From an uncultured delta proteobacterium (lineage in GTDB: Bacteria > Desulfobacterota > RBG-13-43-22), in assembly GCA_963711835.1 (NCBI GenBank), contig CAVQFQ010000017.1, positions 576,001 to 640,000 on the forward strand: 64,000 nt of DNA, in the 5' to 3' direction. Every line of letters starts with the position of its first letter. The first letter of the stretch is position 1. Below are positions 50,230 through 60,612 of this stretch, one piece after another. The position numbers and the translations under genes are program-made. Under the pieces are notes generated by a model. It ran no database searches. It had not been told where the DNA came from and was given only the letters and a program-made list of their open reading frames with translations.

Positions 50230-50428
50230 AACTAATGAGGGATTTTCGTTTATGGCAACGACGGGTGATGGGCCAGATGAACCCAGGAAGGTAATGTCGT
50301 TTCGCTCTTGCCATAGATTTTGGGGAAAAACAGCTTTTTTGATCTCGAAAAACTTATTATAGTCCCATTTTAGCGGGTGCGAGTGGCAATATTCCGTTCC
50401 AGATCAAATACTTCGCGTGGCCCGACCC
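50230..50428 (-). mobile_element. 5' end and N-terminal remnant of a RAYT-like Y1 transposase
   Basis: ATG at 50314 reads MARAKRHYLPGFIWPITRRCHKRK..., resembling RAYT N-termini (R......PG..WH.T.R). The upstream end GGGTCGGGCCA and a 27-nt block identical to 28747-28773 are present. Confidence 0.6.
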
Positions 50429-50434
50429 GATTCA

Positions 50435-50580
50435 ACCGCTACGTAGGTTGGCGCTGTCGGGATTCTTTTTTGACGGATATAGCCCAAGGGCTGCGTCTGA
50501 ACTGGAAGACGGTCAAGTCTCTGGAAAAGCAATATATGCGAGAGCAGTTGAGGCGGGCAGGTATGCCGGCTTTATGGCTG
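50435..50580 (+). pseudogene. ISL3-family transposase fragment
   Basis: YVGWRCR....TDIAQGLRLNWKTVKSLEKQYMREQL resembles the ISL3 HTH region; no intact ORF. Confidence 0.55.
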
Positions 50581-50805
50581 ATTGACTGCAAGGCCTTGTC
50601 CGCCGATCTATTCATAAATGCGTCCACATCCTGATCACCTTAACTCACGGGGTTCTTTTAAGGCTGATAATAACTTATGATGACGGAGCACTATGGATGT
50701 CCAGCCCCGTAAGCCCACCTATATCCTATCCGACTAAAATAATGATAAATGACAAATTGAAAATCTTTTGACAACCAAGCGGGAGTGTGATAATTTCGTC
50801 CCGAC

Positions 50806-50906
50806 ATGCTGAACATGAAGTTCAGGTCTTTTTCATTAAACCATTATTACAACCAAGAGCCATGAAGGCCGGCGCCAGGAAGGTGCCCTTTTATGGCTTT
50901 TTTATT
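50806..50906 (+). promoter_or_regulatory. Candidate leader peptide (50806-50865) overlapping a terminator hairpin (50855-50906)
   Basis: MLNMKFRSFSLNHYYNQEP*; stem AAGAGCCATGAAGG..GGCGCC-AGGAA-GGTGCC-CTTTTATGGCTTTT plus T-tract; promoter-like TTGACA...TGTGATAAT at 50768-50794. Confidence 0.55.
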
Positions 50907-50936
50907 CTGGTGGTTAAAACAAACAGGAGGGCTGTT

Positions 50937-52972
50937 ATGGGCTATTTTAGGGGATTGGGTGTTCTGCTGATATTAATGCTGGCCTGCAATGGTTTTGCCC
51001 AGGAGACCGCCAAAGAGAAAAAAGATGAAAAGGTCTATGTCCTGGAAGAGGTGGTGGTGACCGAAGCCAAGATCGCTCAGTCAGCAAAAAGGATCACCCA
51101 GAAGATCGATGTCATTACCGCTGAAGAGGTCCAGACCCTGACCTACGGCAACCGGAACGTGGCCGAAATTTTTCGCTATCAGCCGGGCACCTTCGTGGAT
51201 GTCCTTTCCCGGAACGACGCCAACTGGGGTTCTTACGGAGGTCTGGGACCCAAATACAACAGCTTTTTGCTGGACGGCTTACCTATCGACTCCTTTGTAG
51301 ATACTATGAGTTTGGATGTCCTGCCCCTGGAAAAGGCCGAGGTCCATCGGGGTCCGGCAGCGGTAATGTATTCCAATTATCTCTCCATGGATTTTGCCGG
51401 CAATCAGTCGCCCCTGGCCGGCATCACCAATCTGGTTCTCAGGGATAAAATCGAAGAGACCCGGACCATGGTCGCCTTGGGGTACGGATCCTGGAACACC
51501 TATACCGGCAAGGTTTACCACCAGGGTCATCAGGGCAACTTTCATTACCTGCTGGGAGCCGGCTATGAAAAGTCGGACTATACCAATTACGGAACGGCCA
51601 ACTCCTGGTTGAACATGATCGACAATCCCGAGTACCAGAAGACCAAGCTCTACTTCAAGACGACTTATTTTTTTAATCGGGACGATCACAAGGTCTCCCT
51701 GTTTGCCCATCATACCCAGCATACCGGGGATGCCGGCCGGCCCAACCGGGACTATGACCACAACTACAATACTGTGAATGCCGCCTACAGCAATCAGATC
51801 ACCGATTTTCTCAATACGCAGTTCAAACTCGGCTACCGCAGTTATGACCGCCGCTGGGGTGAGGATAATTTTCCGGCTAGTCTGGATCTCAGATCCCACG
51901 ACGGCGTCAAACAGCAGATTGTTCCCACCGACTTGGCCGTTAACCTCTTTCATTGGAAGAACAGCTTGCTCACCTTCGGGGCCGACTACCAATGGGCCAC
52001 CTACGAAACCTATTCGGAGGCCGGGGGTTTGAAGACCAAGGGCAACGATGCCAGGGCCTATAACCTGGGTCTCTATGCCCAGGAGAAGCTGGTCTGGGAC
52101 CAATGGATTTTTCGTTTCGGCGGACGCTTCAACACCACCCAGAATTCCTATGACCTGATCAGCGGCACGGTTCCGGCGGAAAAAGAGAAGTCCTGGGATA
52201 AATTCCTTTACAGCGCCGGCATCAAATTCAATGCCTTCCAGGACATCTCCTTTTATGGCAACATCGGCAGCAGCTTCCAGGCCCCTTCGGCCAAGTCGGT
52301 GGGCGGGACCTTGATGGCCTCGAAGATCGGGGCGTGCCGGGCAGGAACGGCCAGTTGCCCAATGCGAACCTGAAGCCGGAAAGCGGAATCGGCTACGACC
52401 TGGGGATGGATTATCGGATCTTAAAGAATATGACCTTCGGGGTGCGCGGCTTTTTGAACCAGGTGGAGGATGCCATTGTGGAAAACCGGGTCAGCGAAAA
52501 TCCCTCCCAGAGCCAGTCGGTCAATGCCGGGAAAACCAGCTCCTATGGTTTTGAAGCCGAAATCAAGCATTCCTTCAGCAAGTACGCCGACTGGTTTGCC
52601 AATTTCACCTATACCAAAACCGATCTTAAAAACGATGTGGATCCAGACCAGGACGGCAGCAATGTCCCTTTTGTTCCGGAGTACGTGGGCAATTTAGGGG
52701 TAACGGGATATCTACCGTTGGATTTTACGGTTTCAGCTTATCTCCAGGCCGTGGGCAGCTATTACGACAGCACTTCGAAAAGCGGCCGCAAGTCCTTCGG
52801 CCCCTATGAGATCATCAATATGAAGATCCAGAAGGTGCTTTTTAAGACCAAGGACTTCAAGGGAAACTTCGTCCTGGATCTGATCAACCTGACCAACAGG
52901 AAGTACGAGATGCCCTGGCAGTTCCAGGATCCGGGCTTTTCCATGTTCGGGAGTCTGGAACTGTATTTTTAA
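50937..52972 (+). CDS. TonB-dependent receptor (frameshift near 52325)
   Basis: Signal peptide after AGGAGG; TonB box LEEVVVT; plug motifs LLDGLP and EVHRGP; PNANLKPE and terminal LELYF in ORF 52334-52972. Confidence 0.9.
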
Positions 52973-53106
52973 GGAAAAAGATTTTTAGCCACGGACCCAC
53001 ACGGAAAAAAACGGACCAGAAATTTATTCCCGAGGTTGTTTGGTTTAAAATCGATTCCTGATTCCTCTTCCCCCATCCGGACTGCAAAGGTGGGGGAAGA
53101 TTTTTT

Positions 53107-54141
53107 TTGTCCTTTGTGGTATTGATGAAAACCATGAAACGCTCCTTTTTACAACCGTTGCTGATCCCTATTCTGGTGTTAAGCTTATTGGTTCCCGCCC
53201 TTGCCCGGGAAGCGGACGGTCAGGGAATCGTGGTTGCCGATTTTCGAGGAAAAACGCTGAAACTGGCCAGGCCGGCCGAGCGGATCGTTTGCCTGATTGA
53301 AAGCGCCTTGAGCGGGATTTACATGCTGGGGGAGGAGAAGAGGGTGATCGGGATCTCCCGGAATATCTATAACGGCGATGTCTATCCCTACTACGCCGCC
53401 CTCGATCCAAGGATCAAGGATAAAAAGCTGCCGGCGCCGGGCAATTGGGACTTCGTCAATCTCGAGAGCCTCCTGGCTTTAAAGCCGGATCTGGTCATCA
53501 TCTGGTCCCAGCAGACCGAGGTCATTACCGCCCTGGAAGAGAAAGGCATCCCGGTTTTCGGCGTCTTTATCAACCGCAAAGAAGATGTCTATCAAGAGAT
53601 GCAGGCCCTGGGCCGGATAACCGGCAGCCTCAAAAGGGCCGAGGAGCTGGTTGCTTATAGCCAGCGGGAACTGGCCCGTTTTCAAAACCGGGTGGGGAAT
53701 ATTTCCTCGGAGAAACGTCCGGGGATCTATTATATGTGGGCCCAGGGGAACCTGGAGACATCCTGCGGCGAGAGCACGGTCAATGACCTGATTCATCTGG
53801 CCGGCGGCAGGAATGTCTGCGCCTCGATCCCCAATGAACACCTGATCGTGAACATGGAAAAGGTCCTCTCCTGGAATCCGGACCTGATTGTCATGTGGTA
53901 TAATGAACGAAAAAATCCCGGAGATATTATCCGGGACCCCCAGTGGAAGCGGATCAAGGCCGTTCGGAGCCAACGGGTCCATGAGTTCCCGGAGGTTTTT
54001 TTGTGCGATCTCTGGACCCTTAAATTCGTTTATGCCGTCAAGATGGTGGCCAAATGGGCCCATCCGGATTTGTTCCGAGACATTGATCTGAGCCAGGAAA
54101 GAAAGAAGATGCTGGACTTCCTGTATGGCAAAAAGCTCTAA
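53107..54141 (+). CDS. Periplasmic binding protein of an Fe-chelate/corrinoid-type ABC transporter
   Basis: DFRG...L..PAERIV, NLESLLALKPDLVI, LAGGRN and W..IKAV...RV motifs. Confidence 0.9.
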   Translation: MSFVVLMKTMKRSFLQPLLIPILVLSLLVPALAREADGQGIVVADFRGKTLKLARPAERIVCLIESALSGIYMLGEEKRVIGISRNIYNGDVYPYYAALDPRIKDKKLPAPGNWDFVNLESLLALKPDLVIIWSQQTEVITALEEKGIPVFGVFINRKEDVYQEMQALGRITGSLKRAEELVAYSQRELARFQNRVGNISSEKRPGIYYMWAQGNLETSCGESTVNDLIHLAGGRNVCASIPNEHLIVNMEKVLSWNPDLIVMWYNERKNPGDIIRDPQWKRIKAVRSQRVHEFPEVFLCDLWTLKFVYAVKMVAKWAHPDLFRDIDLSQERKKMLDFLYGKKL

Positions 54142-55135
54142 GAAAGTTCTATTCTACCTTATCCCGGTTCCTTTGATTCTGGCCTCCCTCTTCGTCGGCC
54201 CTTCGGACCAGGTCAGGCCTGAACATGTCGCCCGATGGGTCCTGCAGCAGTTCTCACCGGCCTCCGGGTCAGCCTCTCCGGATCTTTTAGTAGAAGCCAT
54301 CCTCCTGGATGTGCGTCTTCCGAGGGTGATCCTGGCCTTCCTGGTGGGGGCGGCCCTGACCGTATCCGGCAATGCCCTCCAGGCCCTTTTCCGCAATCCC
54401 CTGGTTGCCCCGGAAATTCTGGGACTTTCCTCAGGGGCGGCCTTTGGGGCCGCCCTGGCCCTCAGCCTGGGCTTCCTCCCCCTTCAGGGCACGGCCTTTG
54501 TCTTCGGCCTGCTGGCCGTGGGCTTGAGCTACTTCCTGGCCCTGACCCGCAAAGGGGTGTCCATTGTTTCCCTGATCCTGGCCGGGATAATCATCTCGGG
54601 TATTTTCACGGCCCTGCTGACCATGGTCCAGTTTCTGACCGATCCTTTTAAGCTGCAGACCATTGTCCACTGGACCATGGGTAATCTCCATACCGCCAGT
54701 TGGACCAAGGTGCGTTCGGCCTCCCTGCCCATCCTCCTGGGCTGTGGGTGGCTTTTTGTTGTCCGCTGGCGCATGAATGTCATCGCCTTGGGTGATGAAG
54801 AAACCCGGGCTGTGGGTTTGAACCCTGAAAGGGAAAAACTCCTGATCCTGATTCCGGCCACTCTGGTGGCTTCGGCCTCGGTGGCTGTGGCCGGGATCAT
54901 TGGACTGGTGGGTCTGGCCTTCCCCCATATGGTGCGGATGATGGTCGGACCGGACAACCGGATAACCATGCCGGTTTCCTTTGCCTTCGGCGGCTCTTTT
55001 CTTTTGCTGGTGGATAACTTTTCGCGGACCATCGCTTCCTTTGAGATCCCTCTGGGTATCTTTACCACCTTGATCGGAGGGCCATTTTTTATTTACCTGT
55101 TAAAGAAAAACCGTATGCAATATCCGGATGCCTGA
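54125..55135 (+). CDS. FecCD/BtuC-family permease
   Basis: VRLPR, QALFRNPL..P.ILGLSSGA, G.IG.VGL..PH and EIPLG..T.LIG.PFF motifs. Confidence 0.93.
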   Translation: MAKSSKKVLFYLIPVPLILASLFVGPSDQVRPEHVARWVLQQFSPASGSASPDLLVEAILLDVRLPRVILAFLVGAALTVSGNALQALFRNPLVAPEILGLSSGAAFGAALALSLGFLPLQGTAFVFGLLAVGLSYFLALTRKGVSIVSLILAGIIISGIFTALLTMVQFLTDPFKLQTIVHWTMGNLHTASWTKVRSASLPILLGCGWLFVVRWRMNVIALGDEETRAVGLNPEREKLLILIPATLVASASVAVAGIIGLVGLAFPHMVRMMVGPDNRITMPVSFAFGGSFLLLVDNFSRTIASFEIPLGIFTTLIGGPFFIYLLKKNRMQYPDA

Positions 55136-55137
55136 CT

Positions 55138-55932
55138 ATGGCTGTGACTATCGAAAAAGTAAGTTTTGAATACGATGGAAATCCCATACTTAAAGACATC
55201 CGATTCGAGGTCCCGGAAGGGAAATTCACCGTACTTTTAGGGAAAAACGGCAGTGGCAAATCCACCTTGCTGCGTCTGATCGCCGGATTGCTGCCTTTAA
55301 AGACCGGGAGGATCAAAATCCTGGGACAGGATCTGCATCGGCTGAGCCTTTCCCAGCGGGCCAAATTGATCGGCTACCTGCCGCAATTCCATACCCCGAT
55401 CTTCCCCTTTACCGTTGAAGAGGTGGTGCTCACCGGCCGGGCCTCCTATGTCTTTTCTACGCCGAGCAGGAGAGACCAAGAAAAAGCCGGCCAGGCCATC
55501 GCCGAGGTTGGTCTTGAAGGTCTCAGGAAGCGGCCTTATACGGAGTTGTCCGGCGGAGAGAGGCAATTGGTGATGATCGCCCGGGTCCTGGCCCAGGAGC
55601 CGAGAGTGATCCTGCTGGATGAGCCCCTGTCCCATCTGGATCTGGCCAACCAGGCCCGGTTCCTGGGCTTGATCAAAAACCTGACCGGGATCGGGATGAC
55701 CATCCTGGCCGTTCTGCACGACCCCAATGCGGCCTTCCTGTCGGGCGATCATTTCGTTTTTTTGAAGAACGGCCGGGTTCAGGAAGTGGAAGAAGGGCAG
55801 GTCCCCTGGAATGCGGAATTCTTGAGCGCAGTCTACGGCACCCCCCTGAAAGCCATCCCCTTATGGCGACCGCTCGCTTATTGTGGCTTTTTGACGGCCG
55901 GAATTGGCATCGTTCAAAAGTTGTGGCACTAG
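55138..55932 (+). CDS. ABC transporter ATP-binding protein (FecE/BtuD-like); probable true end at 55894 after a frameshift
   Basis: GKNGSGKST, LSGGERQ, LLDEP and LHDPN motifs. Confidence 0.93.
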   Translation: MAVTIEKVSFEYDGNPILKDIRFEVPEGKFTVLLGKNGSGKSTLLRLIAGLLPLKTGRIKILGQDLHRLSLSQRAKLIGYLPQFHTPIFPFTVEEVVLTGRASYVFSTPSRRDQEKAGQAIAEVGLEGLRKRPYTELSGGERQLVMIARVLAQEPRVILLDEPLSHLDLANQARFLGLIKNLTGIGMTILAVLHDPNAAFLSGDHFVFLKNGRVQEVEEGQVPWNAEFLSAVYGTPLKAIPLWRPLAYCGFLTAGIGIVQKLWH

Positions 55933-56223
55933 CGCATTATTGCCTGATTGGGGGACAGGGGGTCTCGATTTCAAGGCTTGTCCAAAGGGGGATCCTTCCC
56001 GCAAATCCGGCCCAGATTTCTAAGGTTGGTTTAGAGCCGGGCATTCACCCAACCGAACAAACAGCTTTGGCGTAGGCCTGCTTAAGGCATTATCGTCAAC
56101 CTTCCAGTCCCGCTAAAAGCGGGATTTCAAAGTGAGGAGTTTATGGTGGACAACCTTGAAATCGAGACCCCCTGTCCCCTTCCATTGGGTATCAGAAATA
56201 TAAGGCCACAACTTTTGAACGAT
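55909..56223. mobile_element. Non-coding element with nested perfect inverted repeats (MITE-like)
   Basis: Outer 19-bp IR ATCGTTCAAAAGTTGTGGC (55909-55927 / 56205-56223); inner 26-bp IR GGGGACAGGGGGTCTCGATTTCAAGG (55951-55976 / 56154-56179). Confidence 0.75.
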
Positions 56224-56233
56224 ACTCAGGAAT

Positions 56234-57232
56234 TCAAGGACGGGCCTGTCCGGAATTCGAGTCCATCATCAGAGAAGATTCATCCACCGCTTCAAAATCG
56301 GATCCCAGGATAACATCCAGTTCATGGAGGACGTCGTTGTCCCAGCGCTCATCCGGGGCACCCGAAATGTACCAGGCCGAGCCGTTATCGGCCAGGATCA
56401 GGCCGTATTTTTTCAAGGCCTGGGCGATGACCCGGGCCTGGGGTGAAAACCGTGAAAGGTCATAACCGGCCTTGAGTCGAAAGCGCTGGCCCATGGGAGG
56501 GTATTGGCTGCCGGTCAGGCTGGAGGCATAGTGGCGGGCCGGCCAGATAAAGGCCTTGCGGGTCTGGGGAACAGTGAAACGCAGGGCGTGCTTGATTTCA
56601 CCGGAGGCAACTTCCTCGTAGCGCACCAGACCCGGCAGCATGGGCAAGCCGGCGGCGTCGGCCGAGGTCCAGCCGGCCGGGCGAAGGGTATGAGAATTCA
56701 GCGGGAAGATCGCCCCGGAGCCGGCGGACCACTGGCCGTTCTGTTGATAAGCGGCATAGAGTTCATAGAGGATGCAGTTATCCCGGTCGACGATCAGGAT
56801 GTGGCGGTCGCCGTTGCCGTTCGGGTCGCCTTCGATCAACGGCCGGTCGGGGATAGGGTAGGGCCCGGGATCGCTTTCAGAGGGGTAATAGAAAATGACG
56901 GATGATTTGGGTTGATTGCCGGAAACGATGTTGAAGGGGATGCCGATGGGAAAACCTTCCCAGGTCCCGGCCCCGAAATCGGCATGAACATGGCGCCCGG
57001 GGCCGATGGTAGCGATATAGACATTGGAGTTAGGATCCAACGGCAGGTTGTCCACCGGTGTGTTCCAGATGTTATCGGCAGGCAAGAGGGGACAGCCGGC
57101 CAGGGTGGGCCCGGCCGGGGCGGCCAGGATGAGCGGCAGATAGATGAAGGAGCCGGCTTCGGCCGTTGAGCCGGTCCCGCCTATGAGGAGAATCAAGACC
57201 AGGATGGGGATAAAAGGCCTTAGAAATTTCAT
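56234..57232 (-). CDS. Secreted conserved hypothetical protein
   Basis: Signal peptide; P.DN.WN, SDPGPYPIP, GDRH, SADAAGLP, HALRFT and PPMGQRFRLK conserved-looking blocks. Confidence 0.82.
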   Translation of the reverse strand: MKFLRPFIPILVLILLIGGTGSTAEAGSFIYLPLILAAPAGPTLAGCPLLPADNIWNTPVDNLPLDPNSNVYIATIGPGRHVHADFGAGTWEGFPIGIPFNIVSGNQPKSSVIFYYPSESDPGPYPIPDRPLIEGDPNGNGDRHILIVDRDNCILYELYAAYQQNGQWSAGSGAIFPLNSHTLRPAGWTSADAAGLPMLPGLVRYEEVASGEIKHALRFTVPQTRKAFIWPARHYASSLTGSQYPPMGQRFRLKAGYDLSRFSPQARVIAQALKKYGLILADNGSAWYISGAPDERWDNDVLHELDVILGSDFEAVDESSLMMDSNSGQARP

Positions 57233-57610
57233 GCAGGTCTGTCTTATTCAAAATAATTGCTATTCTACTTCAAGTTGTGGCATTCTTTTCCGATTAGTTG
57301 GCCAGGACTAAAGGTTCGACGGTTTTAATGAAGCGGACGAAGGCCGGTCGGCACTATAATGCTGCCTTTCCAAGGCAGCCACAATCTAATCAATGGATCG
57401 CATTAGTATCCTCTTTTAAACTTCATCTCACCCGAATTGGAACCTAAAAAAAAATATGCTACAATGGATTTACCATTTTATAAAGATCAAAACGAAGTGT
57501 GTTCAACCCTCTGATAATCATCCCTAACATCTGACCCGGATTATGTGTTATCCATCCTTTTCAAGAGTTACGGGAGATCCACCAGGCCGGAGCCCTAGGG
57601 ATTTAAAAAC

Positions 57611-60022
57611 ATGTCCTTTTTTGAAGTCATAGTTCCTCCGTTGGACCACCCTTTAACCTACGAAGTCCCCGAGGAAATTTCTCCGGATCCCCAAATCGGG
57701 CAGCGGGTCCTCGTCCCCCTTAAAAATAAGATAGTTACCGGCTACTTATGGGAGGAAGTTAAAAAAACACTTCAGGGTCCGGAAATCAAGCCGTTAATCC
57801 GTATCCTCGACTCCCAGCCCTTTTTCTCACCGGCTCTGCGCCCCTTTTTCACCTGGATCGCCCAATATTACCTCCATCCGATCGGGCAGGTTCTAAAGAC
57901 CGCCCTTCCCCCGGGATTGACGGTCAGGAGTGTCTTGAAACTCCAAATCACTGACTTAGGCCAGAAGGTGCTTCAGAACGAACTCCTGCCTCATGAGGAC
58001 CGGGCTTTGTTGAAAAAAATTACCCCAAAGGGTCTGCTATTTTCTCGGCTGGCCGCCGAAGAAAGGGAATCCGTTGTTAATTTTGAAGCCTTAGGCTGGG
58101 TCTGTCAGACCAGCCAACTCAATCAGGAACGGGCTAAGGTCAAAAAAGAAAAGTGGCTTCATCCGGGTCCTTGTTTTGAGGGGCGGCATTTTTCAGAAAA
58201 AGAGTTGCCCTTGTTTGAGCATTTGACCTCCTTCTCCTGCGGGTCGCTTCGGGACATCAAGGCCCTTTTCAACCTATCTTCCCAGCGGCTGAACACCTTG
58301 AGAAAAAGGGGCTTGATTGAAATCAGGGACCAGGTTTGCTACAGAGATCCTTTTGGTGAAATCCTGTCGGTCGAGGAGATCCCCTTGACCCTCTATCCGG
58401 AACAGAAAAAGGCTTTGGAAAAAATTAAGGAAGGGCTCCAGTCAGGGGAATATCAAACCTTTCTTCTGCACGGCATCACCGGATCAGGAAAGACCGAAAT
58501 CTATCTCCAAGCGGCGGTCGAGGCCTTGAAAGAGGGCAAACAGGCCTTGGTCCTGGTCCCGGAAATAGGCCTGGTACCCCAGATTGAGGGGCGATTTCGC
58601 CTCCGCTTTGACGACCGGATCGCCCTCCTCCATAGCGGCCTGAACCCCGGTGAACGACTGGACCAATGGCGGCGCATTCAACAAGGTGCAGCCCCGGTGG
58701 TGATCGGCACCCGTTCGGCTATTTTTGCTCCTTTTTCAAATTTGGGTCTGATTATTGTCGATGAAGAACATGACGCTTCCTACAAACAAACCGATTCCCT
58801 GCGTTACCATGCCCGCGACTTGGCCCTGGTGCGCGCCCGATTGCATTCGGCCCTGGTTATTCTGGGCTCGGCCACTCCCTCCATTTCCACTCTTTATCTC
58901 AGGCGGCAAAAAAAAATCACCTACTTGGGATTAACCAAACGGGTTCGGGATCAGGCCCTTCCTGAGGTCAAGGTCCTTGATATAAAAAAGTTCCGCCGTC
59001 GGGGCCAAATCCCCCTTCTGAGCGCTCCCCTGGAAGAAGCCCTCCGCCAAAACCTGGAAAAAAGTCGGCAAGCTCTCCTTTTTCTAAACCGCCGGGGCTT
59101 TGATACCCTGATTCTCTGTACCCTCTGCGGGGAGATACTCAAATGCCGGAATTGTTCGGTGGCCTTAACCCATCACGCCCGGCAAAACCAGCTCCTCTGC
59201 CACCTGTGTGGTTATCACATCCCCATCCCCCAGCGATGCCCTCAATGCCGACAGGAAGGAATCAAGCCTCTGGGCTTAGGGACCGAAAAAGTCGAGAAAG
59301 AACTGATCAGGCTTTTCCCGGAAGCGGCCCTGGACCGGATGGACCGGGACACGGTGGTTCGTAAAAGATCGCATTTTGAAATCCTGAAAAAAGTAAGGGA
59401 CAGGAAAACAGATATCCTGATCGGAACCCAGATGATCACCAAAGGCCATGATTTCCCTTATGTCACTCTGATCGGGGTTATCTGTGCCGATCTGTCTTTG
59501 AACTGGCCCGATTTTCGAGCCGGGGAAAGGACCTTCCAGCTTCTGGCTCAGGTAGCCGGCCGGGCCGGAAGGGGCGCCGATCCGGGAACGGTTTATATCC
59601 AGACCTATAATCCCCATCATTATGTCTTTAAGTATCTTCTGCTCCATGATTACCTGGGTTTTTTCGGACAGGAAATCCGGTTTCGCCGGGAACTCGGGTA
59701 TCCCCCTTTTTCCCGTCTGATAAATGTCCTCTTCCAGGGCAACCGGGAATCGGCGGTTAAAGAGGCGGCCGGGGTAACGGCCGGAATCCTCCGGCTGGAA
59801 AAAGAAAAAAGCCGCTGGGGAGATTCTCTGGAGATCTTAGGACCTGTGCCGGCCCCCATCGCCAGGATCAAAGGGAAATACCGCTATCAACTCCTGTTGA
59901 AAGGGGAGAACAGCCGGATGGTCCACAAGGCCGCCGGAATTATTCAACAGGCCGAGAAAGGTGTGATTCAGGGAAAAGGGGTTCAAATTGTCCTGGATGT
60001 CGATCCGGTAGATATGCTATAA
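57611..60022 (+). CDS. priA: Primosomal protein N' (helicase PriA)
   Basis: GITGSGKT, DEEH, SATPS, four CxxC motifs and QVAGRAGR. Confidence 0.97.
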   Translation: MSFFEVIVPPLDHPLTYEVPEEISPDPQIGQRVLVPLKNKIVTGYLWEEVKKTLQGPEIKPLIRILDSQPFFSPALRPFFTWIAQYYLHPIGQVLKTALPPGLTVRSVLKLQITDLGQKVLQNELLPHEDRALLKKITPKGLLFSRLAAEERESVVNFEALGWVCQTSQLNQERAKVKKEKWLHPGPCFEGRHFSEKELPLFEHLTSFSCGSLRDIKALFNLSSQRLNTLRKRGLIEIRDQVCYRDPFGEILSVEEIPLTLYPEQKKALEKIKEGLQSGEYQTFLLHGITGSGKTEIYLQAAVEALKEGKQALVLVPEIGLVPQIEGRFRLRFDDRIALLHSGLNPGERLDQWRRIQQGAAPVVIGTRSAIFAPFSNLGLIIVDEEHDASYKQTDSLRYHARDLALVRARLHSALVILGSATPSISTLYLRRQKKITYLGLTKRVRDQALPEVKVLDIKKFRRRGQIPLLSAPLEEALRQNLEKSRQALLFLNRRGFDTLILCTLCGEILKCRNCSVALTHHARQNQLLCHLCGYHIPIPQRCPQCRQEGIKPLGLGTEKVEKELIRLFPEAALDRMDRDTVVRKRSHFEILKKVRDRKTDILIGTQMITKGHDFPYVTLIGVICADLSLNWPDFRAGERTFQLLAQVAGRAGRGADPGTVYIQTYNPHHYVFKYLLLHDYLGFFGQEIRFRRELGYPPFSRLINVLFQGNRESAVKEAAGVTAGILRLEKEKSRWGDSLEILGPVPAPIARIKGKYRYQLLLKGENSRMVHKAAGIIQQAEKGVIQGKGVQIVLDVDPVDML

Positions 60023-60093
60023 TTTTGCTCTGAGACATATAAAGCAAAAAGCAACAGGTCAGGCAATATGACAACTAAGATGATGAGCCGGTT

Positions 60094-60612
60094 ATGGCCC
60101 TCTTAGAAATCCGCAAATATCCGGATCCGGTTTTGGGGAAAAAAGCTAAACCGGTGGAAATTATCAATGACACCCTTAAAGCCCTGATTCAGGACATGGT
60201 CGAGACCATGTATCAGGCCCCGGGGATCGGTCTGGCGGCCAACCAGGTCGGAAGGCCTCTCAGACTGATCGTCTTTGATGTTACCCCCAAAGATCAAAGC
60301 CGCAATCCATCGGCCATTATCAATCCGGAAATTTTCGAGGCCGACGGCGATCAAACCGTTGAAGAGGGCTGCCTCAGCGTCCCGGATTATTATTCCGAGG
60401 TAAAACGAAGCGCCAGCGTAAAAGTGCGGGGACTGAACGACCAGGGTCATCCGGTCGAGGTCTGCGCCGAAGGGATGCTGGCCACGGTTTTACAACATGA
60501 AATTGATCACCTGGACGGTATCCTCTTTATTGACCGCATCAGTTCCCTGAAACGGACCCTTTATAAAAAAAGGATTCAAAAGAAGTTGAAGAAAGAAAGT
60601 GAACCGGTCTAA
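60094..60612 (+). CDS. def: Peptide deformylase
   Basis: GIGLAANQVG, EGCLS and QHEIDHLDG motifs. Confidence 0.97.
   Translation: MALLEIRKYPDPVLGKKAKPVEIINDTLKALIQDMVETMYQAPGIGLAANQVGRPLRLIVFDVTPKDQSRNPSAIINPEIFEADGDQTVEEGCLSVPDYYSEVKRSASVKVRGLNDQGHPVEVCAEGMLATVLQHEIDHLDGILFIDRISSLKRTLYKKRIQKKLKKESEPV

Noticed and set aside
50640-50936. Cobalamin riboswitch or Fur box upstream of the TonB receptor
   Set aside because: No B12 box or GGGAA...GCCCCCGCAACTGT core. ATAATGATAAATGAC matches only half of a Fur box.
52984-53020. CACGGA-periodic stretch after the TonB receptor, and GCTGA(A/T)A 7-mers near 62960
   Set aside because: Short low-complexity intergenic repeats with no spacers; not a CRISPR array and too short to interpret.
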